Assembly: GCA_943788985.1 (NCBI GenBank)
Contig: CALSSJ010000018.1
Span: forward strand, 32,001-96,000
DNA: 64,000 bases
Direction: 5' to 3'
Source of the DNA: an uncultured Lentisphaerales bacterium
GTDB taxonomy: Bacteria; Verrucomicrobiota; Lentisphaeria; JABSQK01; UBA12247
Shown here in pieces: positions 21,700 to 32,120 of this stretch; the first letter of the stretch is position 1; each line of letters opens with the position of its first letter. The notes below the pieces were generated by a model. The model did not search any database and was not told the DNA's origin. It was given only the letters and a program-made list of their open reading frames with translations. The translations under genes were made by a program, and so were the position numbers.

Positions 21700-24130
21700 G
21701 CTCACCCCCACGGGACCGACTACGGGGCCATACGGCTGATGCGCAGGGCAAGGTCGCGTTGCAACGGGGGCAGGGCCAATGACTAGCTCGCCGGAATCGG
21801 TCACGTCTAGCTGCGTGGTGGAAACCTCATCGCTGCCCCAGGTTTCCCAGAACTCGACGTTGTATCGGCCTGGCTTGAGGCCGGTGAGGGTGAAGGAGGT
21901 GTCAGCAATGAGATCGAAGCGATCGGGCTCGGTCGCCGTCGCAGGATGATAACGATCGCCCACGAAGCGTTTGTATTGGCGGGTCTGCGCTTTGAGAATT
22001 CCGCGCCAATCCATCCGGTTGAGCTTCTCGGGGGAGCGGAGACTGGTTTTGGGCATCTTCATAGATCCATGCCCAAGCGGTTTCGTCAGTATGCCGGTAG
22101 AAGCGCTCGCAGGTCGCGGATGCCGTCCTAGTTTTCTCAGGGAGGACAGCCCCGTAGTGCCACTCTTTGCCGCGCATCTCTGTCCCCGCCACGAAACGGG
22201 CAGCCGTGGCATGGAAGCGGTCGAGGATTTTTGGCAAACACTAGATTCCACCACCAGGGATATGGCGCGCCAGCGGTCCGCTGCATGAGTCCAGCCCAGA
22301 GACCATCGTGAATATGTTGAGACATTTCCTGGACATTGCCAGCAATCGCACTGCCGCCATACTCCTCAATGATGGCGGGGTTTGTCGAACTTTCGCAGGT
22401 ACTCGGTCACCTCATGAAAGCGGTCAATGGCGCCGTTGGTCTCGGCATAGGCCGCAATCTGGGGTGAAGTCGATTTCGGGCATTCGCCACATCCCGGAGT
22501 CGCCAAAGTTGCCCGCGTACATTGTCGAGATGGGATGCTGTCCGGTATCATAGGTCCGGAGGACAGCGTGCATTTCTTTATGCCAGGCGCGGGTGGGAAC
22601 GCGCTTCGCCCCGACAGCATCCACTTCGATCCAGGTGGTCCAGCCAAAGATGGTGGGATCGGCACCCCAGCGCGCGGCAATGTAGCGAAAGCGCTGATGA
22701 AAACAGGCGCATCGCTTCCGGATCGGTCATGACCTTACGACGATCCTCCAGTGGCCCACCGTGCACACTGTTGTAGGGGTTTTCATTCCACTGCCTGTCG
22801 TAGGTGCTGGCAAAAGGCCCGTGATTCTGCAGGGCCAGATCCACGACAATGCCATGGGCAGCAGCACGCTCGAAGATCCAGTCCAGCTGCTGGGCATTGC
22901 GCAAATTGTACTGACCGATTCCATGATAGCCCGGCACCGTCTTGTGCCACTCGATTCCACCAAACCAGGGCGCCATCCAGATTCGCGCCAGATTGATGCC
23001 GGACGCGCCCATCTGGTCGATGTAGCCCGTCATGGCTCGCGCGCCACCGTTGACTGAAGGCAAGGGATAGTCACGATCCCGAGGGCTGGGCATTGTCAAT
23101 CGGGGGAGCGCAGGTTGATGCCAAGCGGATAGAAGAATTCACCATTCTCATAGGAGAAGTAGCGGTGGTCATCCGGGTCGACCTGGATAAAAACCGCGAG
23201 CCTGGGAAGGGGGCGACCTCCCAGGTCTGCCATGCGGTCTTGACCTTTCCGCCACGATCATCGTGTCCGGTCAATCGCCACCGGTAGGTCCCCGATTCGC
23301 GCGGCGTATAGCGCACGCGCCACTCCGGCGGCCCGACCGGAAACAACAGCTCGTCGTCGCCTGGATAGGTGGCCCGGTAGGCTTGAAAATAGAAGGCAAC
23401 CGCTCGGGTGGTTTCACCGTCGGGGCGGCTGGGATCTCGGGCCGCAACATCAATAGCCCGAGCATCAAAGGGGTTCTTGTAGACCCGGGGAAAGCGTGAA
23501 GCGTGCCTCTGCCATGACGTTCTGGCTGGCAGTTGAAAAGGAACTCAGAACGCTGGCGGCCAGCGGCGCTGGCGCAGCTGGATCTGGCTCCAGAGAAACG
23601 TCCCGGATCTCAACCCCGTTGATTCCGTGATCATGGCTGAATAGTTTCAGCCCGACCGTGCGCACGCGGCGCAGGCTCCAGGGACCAAACTCTTGGCCAT
23701 CGTGCTTCAGCGGGTACCAGTTTTGCTGCAAATCAGCGGTCACGGTGATCTGCTTGCCTTGGCGCACACATTCGCTCACATGCTGCTGGAACCAGCGCTC
23801 GTCGCCATCGCGCAGATGCACAATCGCCTTGAACACCGTTGTCTCGTCAGCCAATTGGCCCAGTGGCTCAACCACGAGTTTAACCTTCGCATTGTGCAGC
23901 CAGTTTTTCTTCGACGGTGAATTCGACTTCGCCCAGCGGGGACATCATGGTGCAGGGCCCGCTTGTTGAATCTGCTGTTCGAATTCAAAGTGCCGGGGCA
24001 GGTAGGAAGCCCCCAGGACCAGGGCCACAGCAGCCGCGAGAATCAGGGCCAGGCTCAGATACCGGCTTCTCAGCGAGCGATTGGCCGGGGCTGGAGTGGG
24101 GGCCGAGGTGGTCTTGGCGGTCGTATGGGG
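21700..24130 (-). pseudogene. Transmembrane segment + DUF5060-like + GH5-like (clan GH-A) module with many frameshifts
   Basis: Fragments NPFD..IDV, EWRVRYTPRESGTYRW, GEFFYPLGINL, GINLARIWM, YIAARWG, HPIST, KPAIIEEYG and GLKPGRYNVEFWET. Confidence 0.7.
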
Positions 24131-25496
24131 GGAGGGCCATGTGCAGTCTTCTCCCAGTAGAACGGTGCCCAGAGGTGCTGGAGGACGCCTTTCCAGGCAG
24201 CCAGGCTCATCAACGCCCAGTACAGGGGCAGCCCGAGGGCGGGCAGGCACAAGCCGTATCATCCCTCTCTGCCAAGCCCCGATGGCGTGCACGAGCATGA
24301 ACAGGAAATTACACGTCCCCTAACACAACGACAGCTACATACAGATAGGCTGTGTGGGGAGAGGAAGGATGGAAGATCGCTTCAGCTCGAACGGCGCCAA
24401 CAGCCAGCAGCAGCCAGCAAAACGGTTGCATGAGCAAGGCAAAGACGTGGCCGCCGATCACCAACCACAGGCACAAATACTGCCAGATTCCAAACTCGCG
24501 GATACCGTGTGACGGGCTGCGCGTGTGAACTAGCAAGGTCTGCCAATACCCCTTGACCCAACGCGACCGTTGGCGCAGCCAAATGGCCGGGCAGCTCACC
24601 GCTTCTTCCCACGTTGTCGAATTCAGCACCCGCGTTTCCAGGCTCTGGCGCGCCATGTGCATGCCCAGGTCGCAGTCTTCGGTCACGTTCCAGGCATCCC
24701 AACCGCCTAGGTTTTGTAATGTCTCCGTCCGAAAGTGATTGGAGGTCCCGCCCAGCGGAATCGGGGCGCCCAGGGAGTGCAGCCCCGGCAGGAAGAGATC
24801 GAACCAAACCGTATACTCAAGTGTAAACCAACGGGTCAGCAGGTTTTGCCGGGCATTGTAGTAGTTTAGACAGGCTTGAAGGCAGGTGACCCCCGGCAAG
24901 CGCCGAAACGTCGCAACCGCCTTCTTCAGTTGGTCGGGGTCGGGTCGGTCTTCTGCATCAAAGATCACCAGAAACTCGCCTCGGGCACATTCAAGGCCAA
25001 AATTGCAGGCGCGAGGTTTGGTTCTGGGGATGCCATCAGAGACGATCACGGTCGAAATCCATGCTGGCAGCGTAAGCATGGCCACGGCAGCTTGGGTTTG
25101 CTGGTCATCTTCCTCGAGCAAGAACTGGACATCGAGTTTCTGCTGCGGGTAGTCCAGTTGCGACAAGCTGTCGACCATCGGCCCCACCATTCCGGGCTCC
25201 TGATACATGGGGACGAGAATCGTGTAAACCGGCAGACTCTCCTCATCCAGCAAGGCCAACTCTGCGACGGACAGGTCTTCCAGATCATGGCGGATCAGTC
25301 CGCTTAGGATACTGACCAGCTTTACGGCGACAACCAGCGCAAAACCGCCGAGCAGCACCAAGTCAAGGCTGAGGCCAAGCAACTTCCGGTCATAGAGCCC
25401 AAGCCCAGCAGTTGCCAGCATCAGCACAATCACCAAGAAACGCTGACCAACGCTCCAGGTCGTACGGGCAGACTGTCGTGAATTCAAACCGGGCAA
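24130..25496 (-). CDS. Processive GT2 glycosyltransferase, frameshifted near the C-terminus
   Basis: PVYTILVPMYQE, PRTKPRACN, FDAED, GGTSNHF, NVTEDCDLG and QRSRW (QxxRW). The C-terminal WEKTAHG is in another frame. Confidence 0.85.
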
Positions 25497-25715
25497 TGAG
25501 AGTCCTCGGGTGGCAAAAGGCGACGGAAGCCAGGCGGCAAGCGCAGGAGAAAATTAATAGCCCGCGAAAGGCGCGAAACAACGCGATTGTGGATATTTTG
25601 GGGTAGGGGAGGGGGAAGAAAAGTCGCCCGCGAGCCGAACTCAGGGAGATGGGCTCCCAGCAATGAGGCAGCGGATCCGCAAAGACACGAAACGAGGATG
25701 GGGGACGGTGGGGCA

Positions 25716-26117
25716 CTACGATGGCTTTCGAGCAGTATCCAGTACGATGCGCTCCCATTCGCGATTTGGCTGATGACCGAAGTTGACGAGGAGACCGAGA
25801 CGATAACGAGTTGCATTCAGATAGTTGTGCAACTGAGCGCGACGTTCGTCACATAGCTTCGACACTGATTTGGGTTCAAGGATAGCTTTGGCATAGCAGA
25901 TGAAGTCCGGGATGTATCGCTGCTTCAATTCCGGTCCACGATCGCTGAGCTTGAGTTGCGGTTGTGCCATGGCGGAGATGCCTTGGGTATCCAGCTCAAT
26001 CTTCATGCATTCCTGATAGACAGGCTCAAAAAAGCCACAGGCGGTATCTTCGGAAACCTCAAAACAGGCACCGATAATCTGATACGCTTCTTTCCGATAC
26101 ACCACATCCTTATTCAT
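25716..26117 (-). CDS. GxxExxY protein (PD-(D/E)XK nuclease fold)
   Basis: YQIIGACFEV...GFFEPVYQE...YIPDFIC...ILEPKSV...AQLHNYL...LGLLVNFG. Confidence 0.85.
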   Translation of the reverse strand: MNKDVVYRKEAYQIIGACFEVSEDTACGFFEPVYQECMKIELDTQGISAMAQPQLKLSDRGPELKQRYIPDFICYAKAILEPKSVSKLCDERRAQLHNYLNATRYRLGLLVNFGHQPNREWERIVLDTARKPS

Positions 26118-26427
26118 GGCTCTTCGCGAGTTTGGGTTATTCATCATCTTCCGTCCCGAGACAATACAGCTACCGTCACATCTCCTTCCGGCAAAGAGGA
26201 ATGGCCGACGAAGCACGCGGATGAAGATATGATGTGTCAGAAAGAGAAAGGGATGTATTGCACGCGAAACGACGCGAAAGTGGAACCGCAGAATTTCGTT
26301 TCGCGGGCCCTATCTTTCCCACGCCCCTACAGTCCCTTTTCCTTTCCCCTTTCGCGGGCGATTTCCCGTCGAAGTGTACGGACAGCTTGCGCGACCGATC
26401 ATGCGGCGGATGGCGCTGAGAAGTGTC

Positions 26428-29025
26428 TCAGCCTTGATCGAACTTAGCCTTCACGATCCACGTTCCCGGTTGAACAGCGAACGTGACATAGCACTTGCTG
26501 TTTTCCCGAAAGGTCAGACCGGCAATTCCTGCACGCGGGGTACCACTTTGCCAGACGGTCGTTCCGTTTGCCTCGACCCGGGTGATTGTGGAACCAGTAC
26601 CTTTGGGGATACCGATGATGGCGGTGGTGTCGGCTGGGGAGGTCAAGGTCATGCTGAATGAAGCTGGCTCATTGCGCAGTTCCAGAGCGATGTTCCCCTT
26701 CACCGCGGGGACCGTGGTCTTGATGTACTTCAGAGGGCCCATCTGTGGGAGGACGTGGTAGGTTCCGTAGCCGGGCGTGACCGGAGCCACACCTGCACCG
26801 TATTGTGACAGCAGGGTTAAGGCACCGCCGCACCAAGCATGGTCAATGGTGCCGCCGCCGTGGCCGCCAATCCGCCAGTCCTCCCAGAGGGTGGTGAACG
26901 GATGATCGGTCATGATCTTAAATCGCTTCTTGGTTCGGGTGATGGCATCGTCCTCGAATCGCATCACGTACAGGGCTTCGCCGACGTACTTCTCCATGTA
27001 GGGGCTGCTGTGTTCCTCGGTTCTGAGGACCTCGCGAATCGCATCGTATTGCTCGGGCTTGGCCAGGCCGGCGAGGACTGCCAAGGCATGCCCACGATCA
27101 TCGGTTTCGCCCTTGTAGTCTGGCGAGCGGTATTCGGTGCCGTTCCAGAAGGTTGTATTGAAGTGTTGCTCGATGCTCTTCATTCTGGCTTCAATGCCTG
27201 CCACATCGCCTTGTGCGCCAACTGTCTGGGCCATGTTCAGCTGTCCCTTAAGGGCCAGGTAATACCAGCTGTTGCACAGGATGGTCATGTCCTTGTTATC
27301 TCCCCAGTCGCCCCAGGTCCAGCCGCCTTTGCGTGGCACCACGAGGCCATCGTCGCCCAGCTTCCAGACCGATAGATAGCGCGCCACCGCGGGATAAACC
27401 GCGCGGATCGTCTTGATGTCGCCGGTATACTGGTAGTAGGTCCAGAAACCAAAATAGCCGACCGAGTTGAGCATCTGCATGGGGAGCTCGTTGTGCCAAT
27501 TTCCCGCAGGAACCGGGGAGTAGATGGTTTGGTCTGCCCGCTGCCAGTTCATCAGCTCAAGGATGCCCTTTTGAGCCAAGAGATTACTGCGAGGATCTAG
27601 CGCATAGAAGGCCTCGCCCATCTCGTTGACCATGTCGCCCCACCACTGTGCGCGCTCGCGATCGGGACAGTCGAAGTAGGTATCACGCATAGTGATGTAT
27701 AAGGTCCGCAAGGCCTTCTGGCGGTAGTGATTCAGAAATTCATCGTCGCACTCGAAGACGCCAGTGAACTCGGCATTGTAGCCGGTCTCCCGGTATTGCA
27801 ATGCGAGAATCTTGAATCCAGCGGGAATGGTGTAATGGGCTTCGTGACCGTTCATCCACCCCAGGTTCTCGTATTGCTGTACGCCCTGCCGCGTCACATA
27901 CTCAGCGCGCACATTGGGCGATCCACCGCCACTGTAGTTGTCCATGCGAATGTCGATGAGTTGTCCCCCTGGGCCTTCGACCTTCAGATATGGCGTGATC
28001 TGAGCGTTATAGGGCAGCTTGGCCTTGATCGTGCTCCCGTCTGAGACGGTCGGTAAATCTGCGGCGTTCGCATAGTCTTTTAGACCAAAGTCTTTCCACA
28101 GCGGAATCACACGGTGCACCAGTTGGTTCCATGGGCTGCACGGCGGCTTGCCGTAGGTGCCCGCAGTCAGCCAGACTGAATCGTCGAATCCCGGATTTTG
28201 CCAGCCGAGCAAGTCGTTCCTGGCATCAAACCGGATATTGGATTCAGGCAGGCGAAAATTCGGCTGCTCGCCAGCTGTTTTTTCATAAGCTGGGTGCGTG
28301 ATGGCCTTCCAGTCGCTGTCACTGAGCAGCGGCGTTCCGTCCAGATCCGCATCGAACACCAGACCAGCCTTGCCGCTGCTGTTGTGGCTGAAGCCGTGCT
28401 TGCCGAAGTACCAAAGCAACACAGCAATCGTGTTGTCGCCTTCCCGCAGATGTGGCGTCAGGTCCACCTGATCGAAATAGGTGTCGTCGCGGGTTGGCCC
28501 GCGCTTGACTTGGCCTTCAAAGACCACCAGCGTGCCATTGATCCAGAGCCAATACTTGGAATCTGCGGCGATTCGCGCGCTCGCCTGCTGGGGCGCTGCG
28601 TCAAGCTGAACGACCTTGCGGTAGCAACTCCAGTGGTTTGCAGCCTGGTCGTTCGGACTCTTCGAGGCCGGTTGTTCCTGGCGAGTCAGGAGATCAAACT
28701 CGTGGTTCTCCGCAACCGACTGCGTCATCTGCTTGCCGTCAACGGTGTAGGCCAGTTCCAGAGTCTTTAGCGTCCCAAGTGCGGGATCGCCGCCGGCTGT
28801 CGCGTTATCCGCGACGACTGTGAAGTCGCCAGAGGCAATGGCCTGCTGAAAGGTCTCCGTGAGGTCAACCCGCCGTCCCGGGTCGCTGCTGACTCCATAG
28901 AGGGCCTGTGTAATTCGTATCTCTGGGATGTGCTGGGCAGGTGCTGACAGCGCAGGGACGCCAATCCAAGTGGCGCGCCACGGAGTTTCAGCCAGACTGC
29001 TCGACGTTGTCATCAGTACACTCAT
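26428..29025 (-). CDS. Alpha-L-rhamnosidase (GH78) with an N-terminal DUF3395/lectin-like insert
   Basis: ARIAADSKYWLWING, YFDCPDRERAQWWGD and TTLWEDW...DHAW. The insert reads ALYG...VDLT...GGDPA.G..K.L. Confidence 0.9.
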   Translation of the reverse strand: MSVLMTTSSSLAETPWRATWIGVPALSAPAQHIPEIRITQALYGVSSDPGRRVDLTETFQQAIASGDFTVVADNATAGGDPALGTLKTLELAYTVDGKQMTQSVAENHEFDLLTRQEQPASKSPNDQAANHWSCYRKVVQLDAAPQQASARIAADSKYWLWINGTLVVFEGQVKRGPTRDDTYFDQVDLTPHLREGDNTIAVLLWYFGKHGFSHNSSGKAGLVFDADLDGTPLLSDSDWKAITHPAYEKTAGEQPNFRLPESNIRFDARNDLLGWQNPGFDDSVWLTAGTYGKPPCSPWNQLVHRVIPLWKDFGLKDYANAADLPTVSDGSTIKAKLPYNAQITPYLKVEGPGGQLIDIRMDNYSGGGSPNVRAEYVTRQGVQQYENLGWMNGHEAHYTIPAGFKILALQYRETGYNAEFTGVFECDDEFLNHYRQKALRTLYITMRDTYFDCPDRERAQWWGDMVNEMGEAFYALDPRSNLLAQKGILELMNWQRADQTIYSPVPAGNWHNELPMQMLNSVGYFGFWTYYQYTGDIKTIRAVYPAVARYLSVWKLGDDGLVVPRKGGWTWGDWGDNKDMTILCNSWYYLALKGQLNMAQTVGAQGDVAGIEARMKSIEQHFNTTFWNGTEYRSPDYKGETDDRGHALAVLAGLAKPEQYDAIREVLRTEEHSSPYMEKYVGEALYVMRFEDDAITRTKKRFKIMTDHPFTTLWEDWRIGGHGGGTIDHAWCGGALTLLSQYGAGVAPVTPGYGTYHVLPQMGPLKYIKTTVPAVKGNIALELRNEPASFSMTLTSPADTTAIIGIPKGTGSTITRVEANGTTVWQSGTPRAGIAGLTFRENSKCYVTFAVQPGTWIVKAKFDQG

Positions 29026-29205
29026 TAGAATTCACATTCCTAGGTTTATGATTGCTCTGTATGTTTGAGATGTGGTGCGGGAAGAGGCCCGCGACGTTGA
29101 TTTACCGTGGGGCCGCATGCCACCGAGCCTTTCTACCCCGGCGAAAGGCACGATCAGTTGCCGAAGATCTTCTGGCAGCTACCGGGGCAACGCGCCAATG
29201 GCTCT

Positions 29206-30465
29206 CTAGCTGCGTAGCGAAAGGACGTCAGTCTCGTAGGCTTCCATATCAGCCAACCAAGCGGCACCAACTGGCACGCCAGTCCTCTCACAGAGCATGT
29301 CCCAAACAGCGGCGAATGGCATGGACGTGAACTCCTCCATCAGGGCGAGGCGATGCGCGTTTTTTCCTTCCAACTCATAGGACTGAAGCTGTTCGGTCGG
29401 GTCCAGTAGGGCATAGAGAATGCCCTTCCGTGCGGCACGGGTGCCAGTCACGTAGGCACCGATACGGTTGATCGAGGCGTCGAAAAAGTCGAGCGCAATG
29501 ATCACGCGATCCCAGACATTGCCGCGCTGAATTTCGAGAAAGACGTTTTTGAGGTCGTCATTAAACAGCGTAACGTGATCGGAATCCCAACGGATCGGAC
29601 GGCTCACGTGCAGCAATATCTGATCCATGAACTGCAGATGGCTGGAAATCTTGCCGTGAATCGTTTCGGTGGGATGGAAGTGCCCCATGTCCATGCAAAG
29701 GCCAATCTTGCGGCTCAGGGCATAATCCGCGCAGAACTCGGCGGAACTGACCACATATTCTTCCGAGCCAATCCCAAAGAGCTTGCTTTCGATAAAGTCG
29801 ACGCACTTGGCTTTATCAACCGAATCATCGGCCATGATCTCGTCGTAGGATTTCGCCATGCGGGCGCGCGGCCCAAAGCGGTCAGCCGGGATGTCCTTAG
29901 CACCATCGGGTGTCCACCAGTTGACGTGGCACGGGGAGCCCTGCGCCTCTGCCATCGCCTCGGCGATTTTGCGGGATGCCTGGCCGTGCTTCACCCAGAA
30001 GGCCCGGATTTCGTCGTCACGGTTTGAGAGGGTGAAGCCGTCTTCGGCTTTCGGGTGGGAAAAGAATGACGGGTTGAAATCGAGCTTGATGCCCTCTTTG
30101 CTCGCCCAGTCCATCCATTTCTGGAAACCGGCAGGCGTCATTTCATCGCGATCGACATAATGATCGGCTTCGTAGTAGAGCGCATGCACATTGCAACGCT
30201 GGGTTCCGGGAATCAGCGACATCGCTTTGGCTATATCAGCACGGGCCTCCTCGCCATTGCGGGCACGGCCGGGATAGTTTCCTGTTGCCATGATGCCGCC
30301 ACCGGCCAGCCCTTCAGGCTTGGTTTCAAAGCCAACCACGTCATCTGCCTGCCAACAGTGCAGGGAAATAGGCAGTGCCAGTGCTTTCTCGATGGCTCTG
30401 TCCGTATTAATACCGAAGGCCGCATAGCGTTCCTTCGCCAGTTTGTATGCTTGTTCGACAGCCAT
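29206..30465 (-). CDS. rhaA: L-rhamnose isomerase
   Basis: ISLHCWQADDVVGFE, ATGNYPGRAR, ESKLFGIGSE, DMGHFHPTE, HVSRPIRWDSDHV and LDFFDASINR. AAGGAG RBS before ATG 30465. Confidence 0.95.
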   Translation of the reverse strand: MAVEQAYKLAKERYAAFGINTDRAIEKALALPISLHCWQADDVVGFETKPEGLAGGGIMATGNYPGRARNGEEARADIAKAMSLIPGTQRCNVHALYYEADHYVDRDEMTPAGFQKWMDWASKEGIKLDFNPSFFSHPKAEDGFTLSNRDDEIRAFWVKHGQASRKIAEAMAEAQGSPCHVNWWTPDGAKDIPADRFGPRARMAKSYDEIMADDSVDKAKCVDFIESKLFGIGSEEYVVSSAEFCADYALSRKIGLCMDMGHFHPTETIHGKISSHLQFMDQILLHVSRPIRWDSDHVTLFNDDLKNVFLEIQRGNVWDRVIIALDFFDASINRIGAYVTGTRAARKGILYALLDPTEQLQSYELEGKNAHRLALMEEFTSMPFAAVWDMLCERTGVPVGAAWLADMEAYETDVLSLRS

Positions 30466-30806
30466 CTCTTTCTCCTTTGGATACGATGCTGATAGACTAG
30501 CCTTGCAATCGATTATCCGCCTTGACGATATCGCCAAGTTGTAGCATGATCCTCCCATAGCCGCGCGCCTTGCGGTGTCTGCGGCCGGGAGTTCGGGACA
30601 CGGCGTGTGCCATGTCCTGAACTCCTTTTCTCGAATTATGGTGCTAAGCCAGCAGTCAGGGCTGCGACGTTGGCGCTTCCCTGAAACGCGGGAGACTCAA
30701 GTGCACCAGCCGAGGCCGGGCCTTGCTCGCGATACCCGATCCTCAGCCGTGCGACGGTAGAACCTTGACGCGAGCGAAGTTCAACTGGCAGACCTGAGTG
30801 TTTGGG

Positions 30807-31697
30807 CTACTTCAGCAAGTCGATAATCCGGTAGCCGCCCGAGAACCCGGCCTCAGACACGTATTGGACGCGCTCCTCACGGTAGGCGTCGGTGTGTTCA
30901 AAATGCACGTGGCCACAGAAGATGCCGGCCAGGTTTTTGCTTTCGCCTCGCATCAGGAGTTCATACGTCGCGAGGGTGCTCGGGTCGCTGCCCACGACTT
31001 GCCAATGCTCCCGTTTCTCCGCCGTCCAGCCGTGCGGGCTAGCCATCATAATCGGTGCCCCCCAGCTCCTCAGCACGGCCGGTGCGAGGGATTCGATCCA
31101 AATTGGAATATGAATGAACAGCAGGCACGGCTGCCCGGTGGCAAGCTCGCGGCGCAGAAACGTCAGCTGTTCGAGACTGATCTGGTAGGTGCTGTTGTCC
31201 AGCGCGATCAGACGCACGCCGCCCAGTTCCATTGACTGGCAAGCTGGCGTGCCGCCCGTCAGCCGGTGAAGACGCGGGTAGTACTCCTGGCGAACGGCGT
31301 CGGACCAGGCCAAATGTTGGAAATGCCAGTCGTGGTTCCCAGGCGTAAACAGAGTCGGTGCGCCCAGAGCCTTCATTCCGAGTTCGACGTGTTCGATGCC
31401 CGCCCATGCCGGGAAATCAATGATGTCGCCAGTCAGTACGCCGGCGTCTACGCCCAGTTCACGCGCTTCGCTCAGCGTTCGGTCGAAGACCTCGCGCGTC
31501 GATTCGCCATTGGGCGTGTGTTTGAAGAAGAGTCCTGGCCCGCGACTCTGGCTATACGGGACTGCTTCGGGGTCGCGATCATCTACCTCGGTCATATGGC
31601 TGTCCGTAAGGTGCAGGATCCTCAAGTCGCGCTCCAGACCCGAAATGTGAATGCGCGCTCGGTCGCCGCGTCCGGTCGGCTCGTGTCGAATGTCCAT
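30807..31697 (-). CDS. Calcineurin-like metallophosphoesterase
   Basis: LHLTDSH, LTGDIID, PGNHD, HIP and FCGHVH. Confidence 0.9.
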   Translation of the reverse strand: MDIRHEPTGRGDRARIHISGLERDLRILHLTDSHMTEVDDRDPEAVPYSQSRGPGLFFKHTPNGESTREVFDRTLSEARELGVDAGVLTGDIIDFPAWAGIEHVELGMKALGAPTLFTPGNHDWHFQHLAWSDAVRQEYYPRLHRLTGGTPACQSMELGGVRLIALDNSTYQISLEQLTFLRRELATGQPCLLFIHIPIWIESLAPAVLRSWGAPIMMASPHGWTAEKREHWQVVGSDPSTLATYELLMRGESKNLAGIFCGHVHFEHTDAYREERVQYVSEAGFSGGYRIIDLLK

Positions 31698-31899
31698 CTG
31701 TCGTGCTCCCGGAGTATTCCGTAGTCGTGGCGACTGCCGCCCAACAATGAGATGGGAATGTACCGCCTTCGCTGATTCCTTCACGCACTGGTGATAGAGA
31801 TTGGCCCGCTCTCGCAATCTATTGATGCGGCGCGTTTTCCCGCGTCGAGCGAGAGAGTCGCAGACTTTCTACACAAGACACCTATGCTACCGTGATTAA

Positions 31900-32070
31900 T
31901 CACGAGAGGAGATCGAAATGAATAACCCCAATCAGCTTGACTGCGACACGCCCAGACGAGCTGGCCTCGGCGACCAGTCCCAGTCGATAGTTGGTGAACC
32001 AATCATCGACCACGCAGACGACAGGCCTGAATACGACATCCTGACCATCCAGTAGCAGCGGTTTCTCCGA
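31900..32070 (-). pseudogene. C-terminal fragment resembling GH2-type hydrolases
   Basis: RPVVCVVDDWFTNYRLGLVAEA, with no N-terminus. Confidence 0.4.
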
Positions 32071-32120
32071 TGCCTTGGTGATCAGTGCCCATCGGTGTTC
32101 ATCAGTGCTTGATTTTTTCT

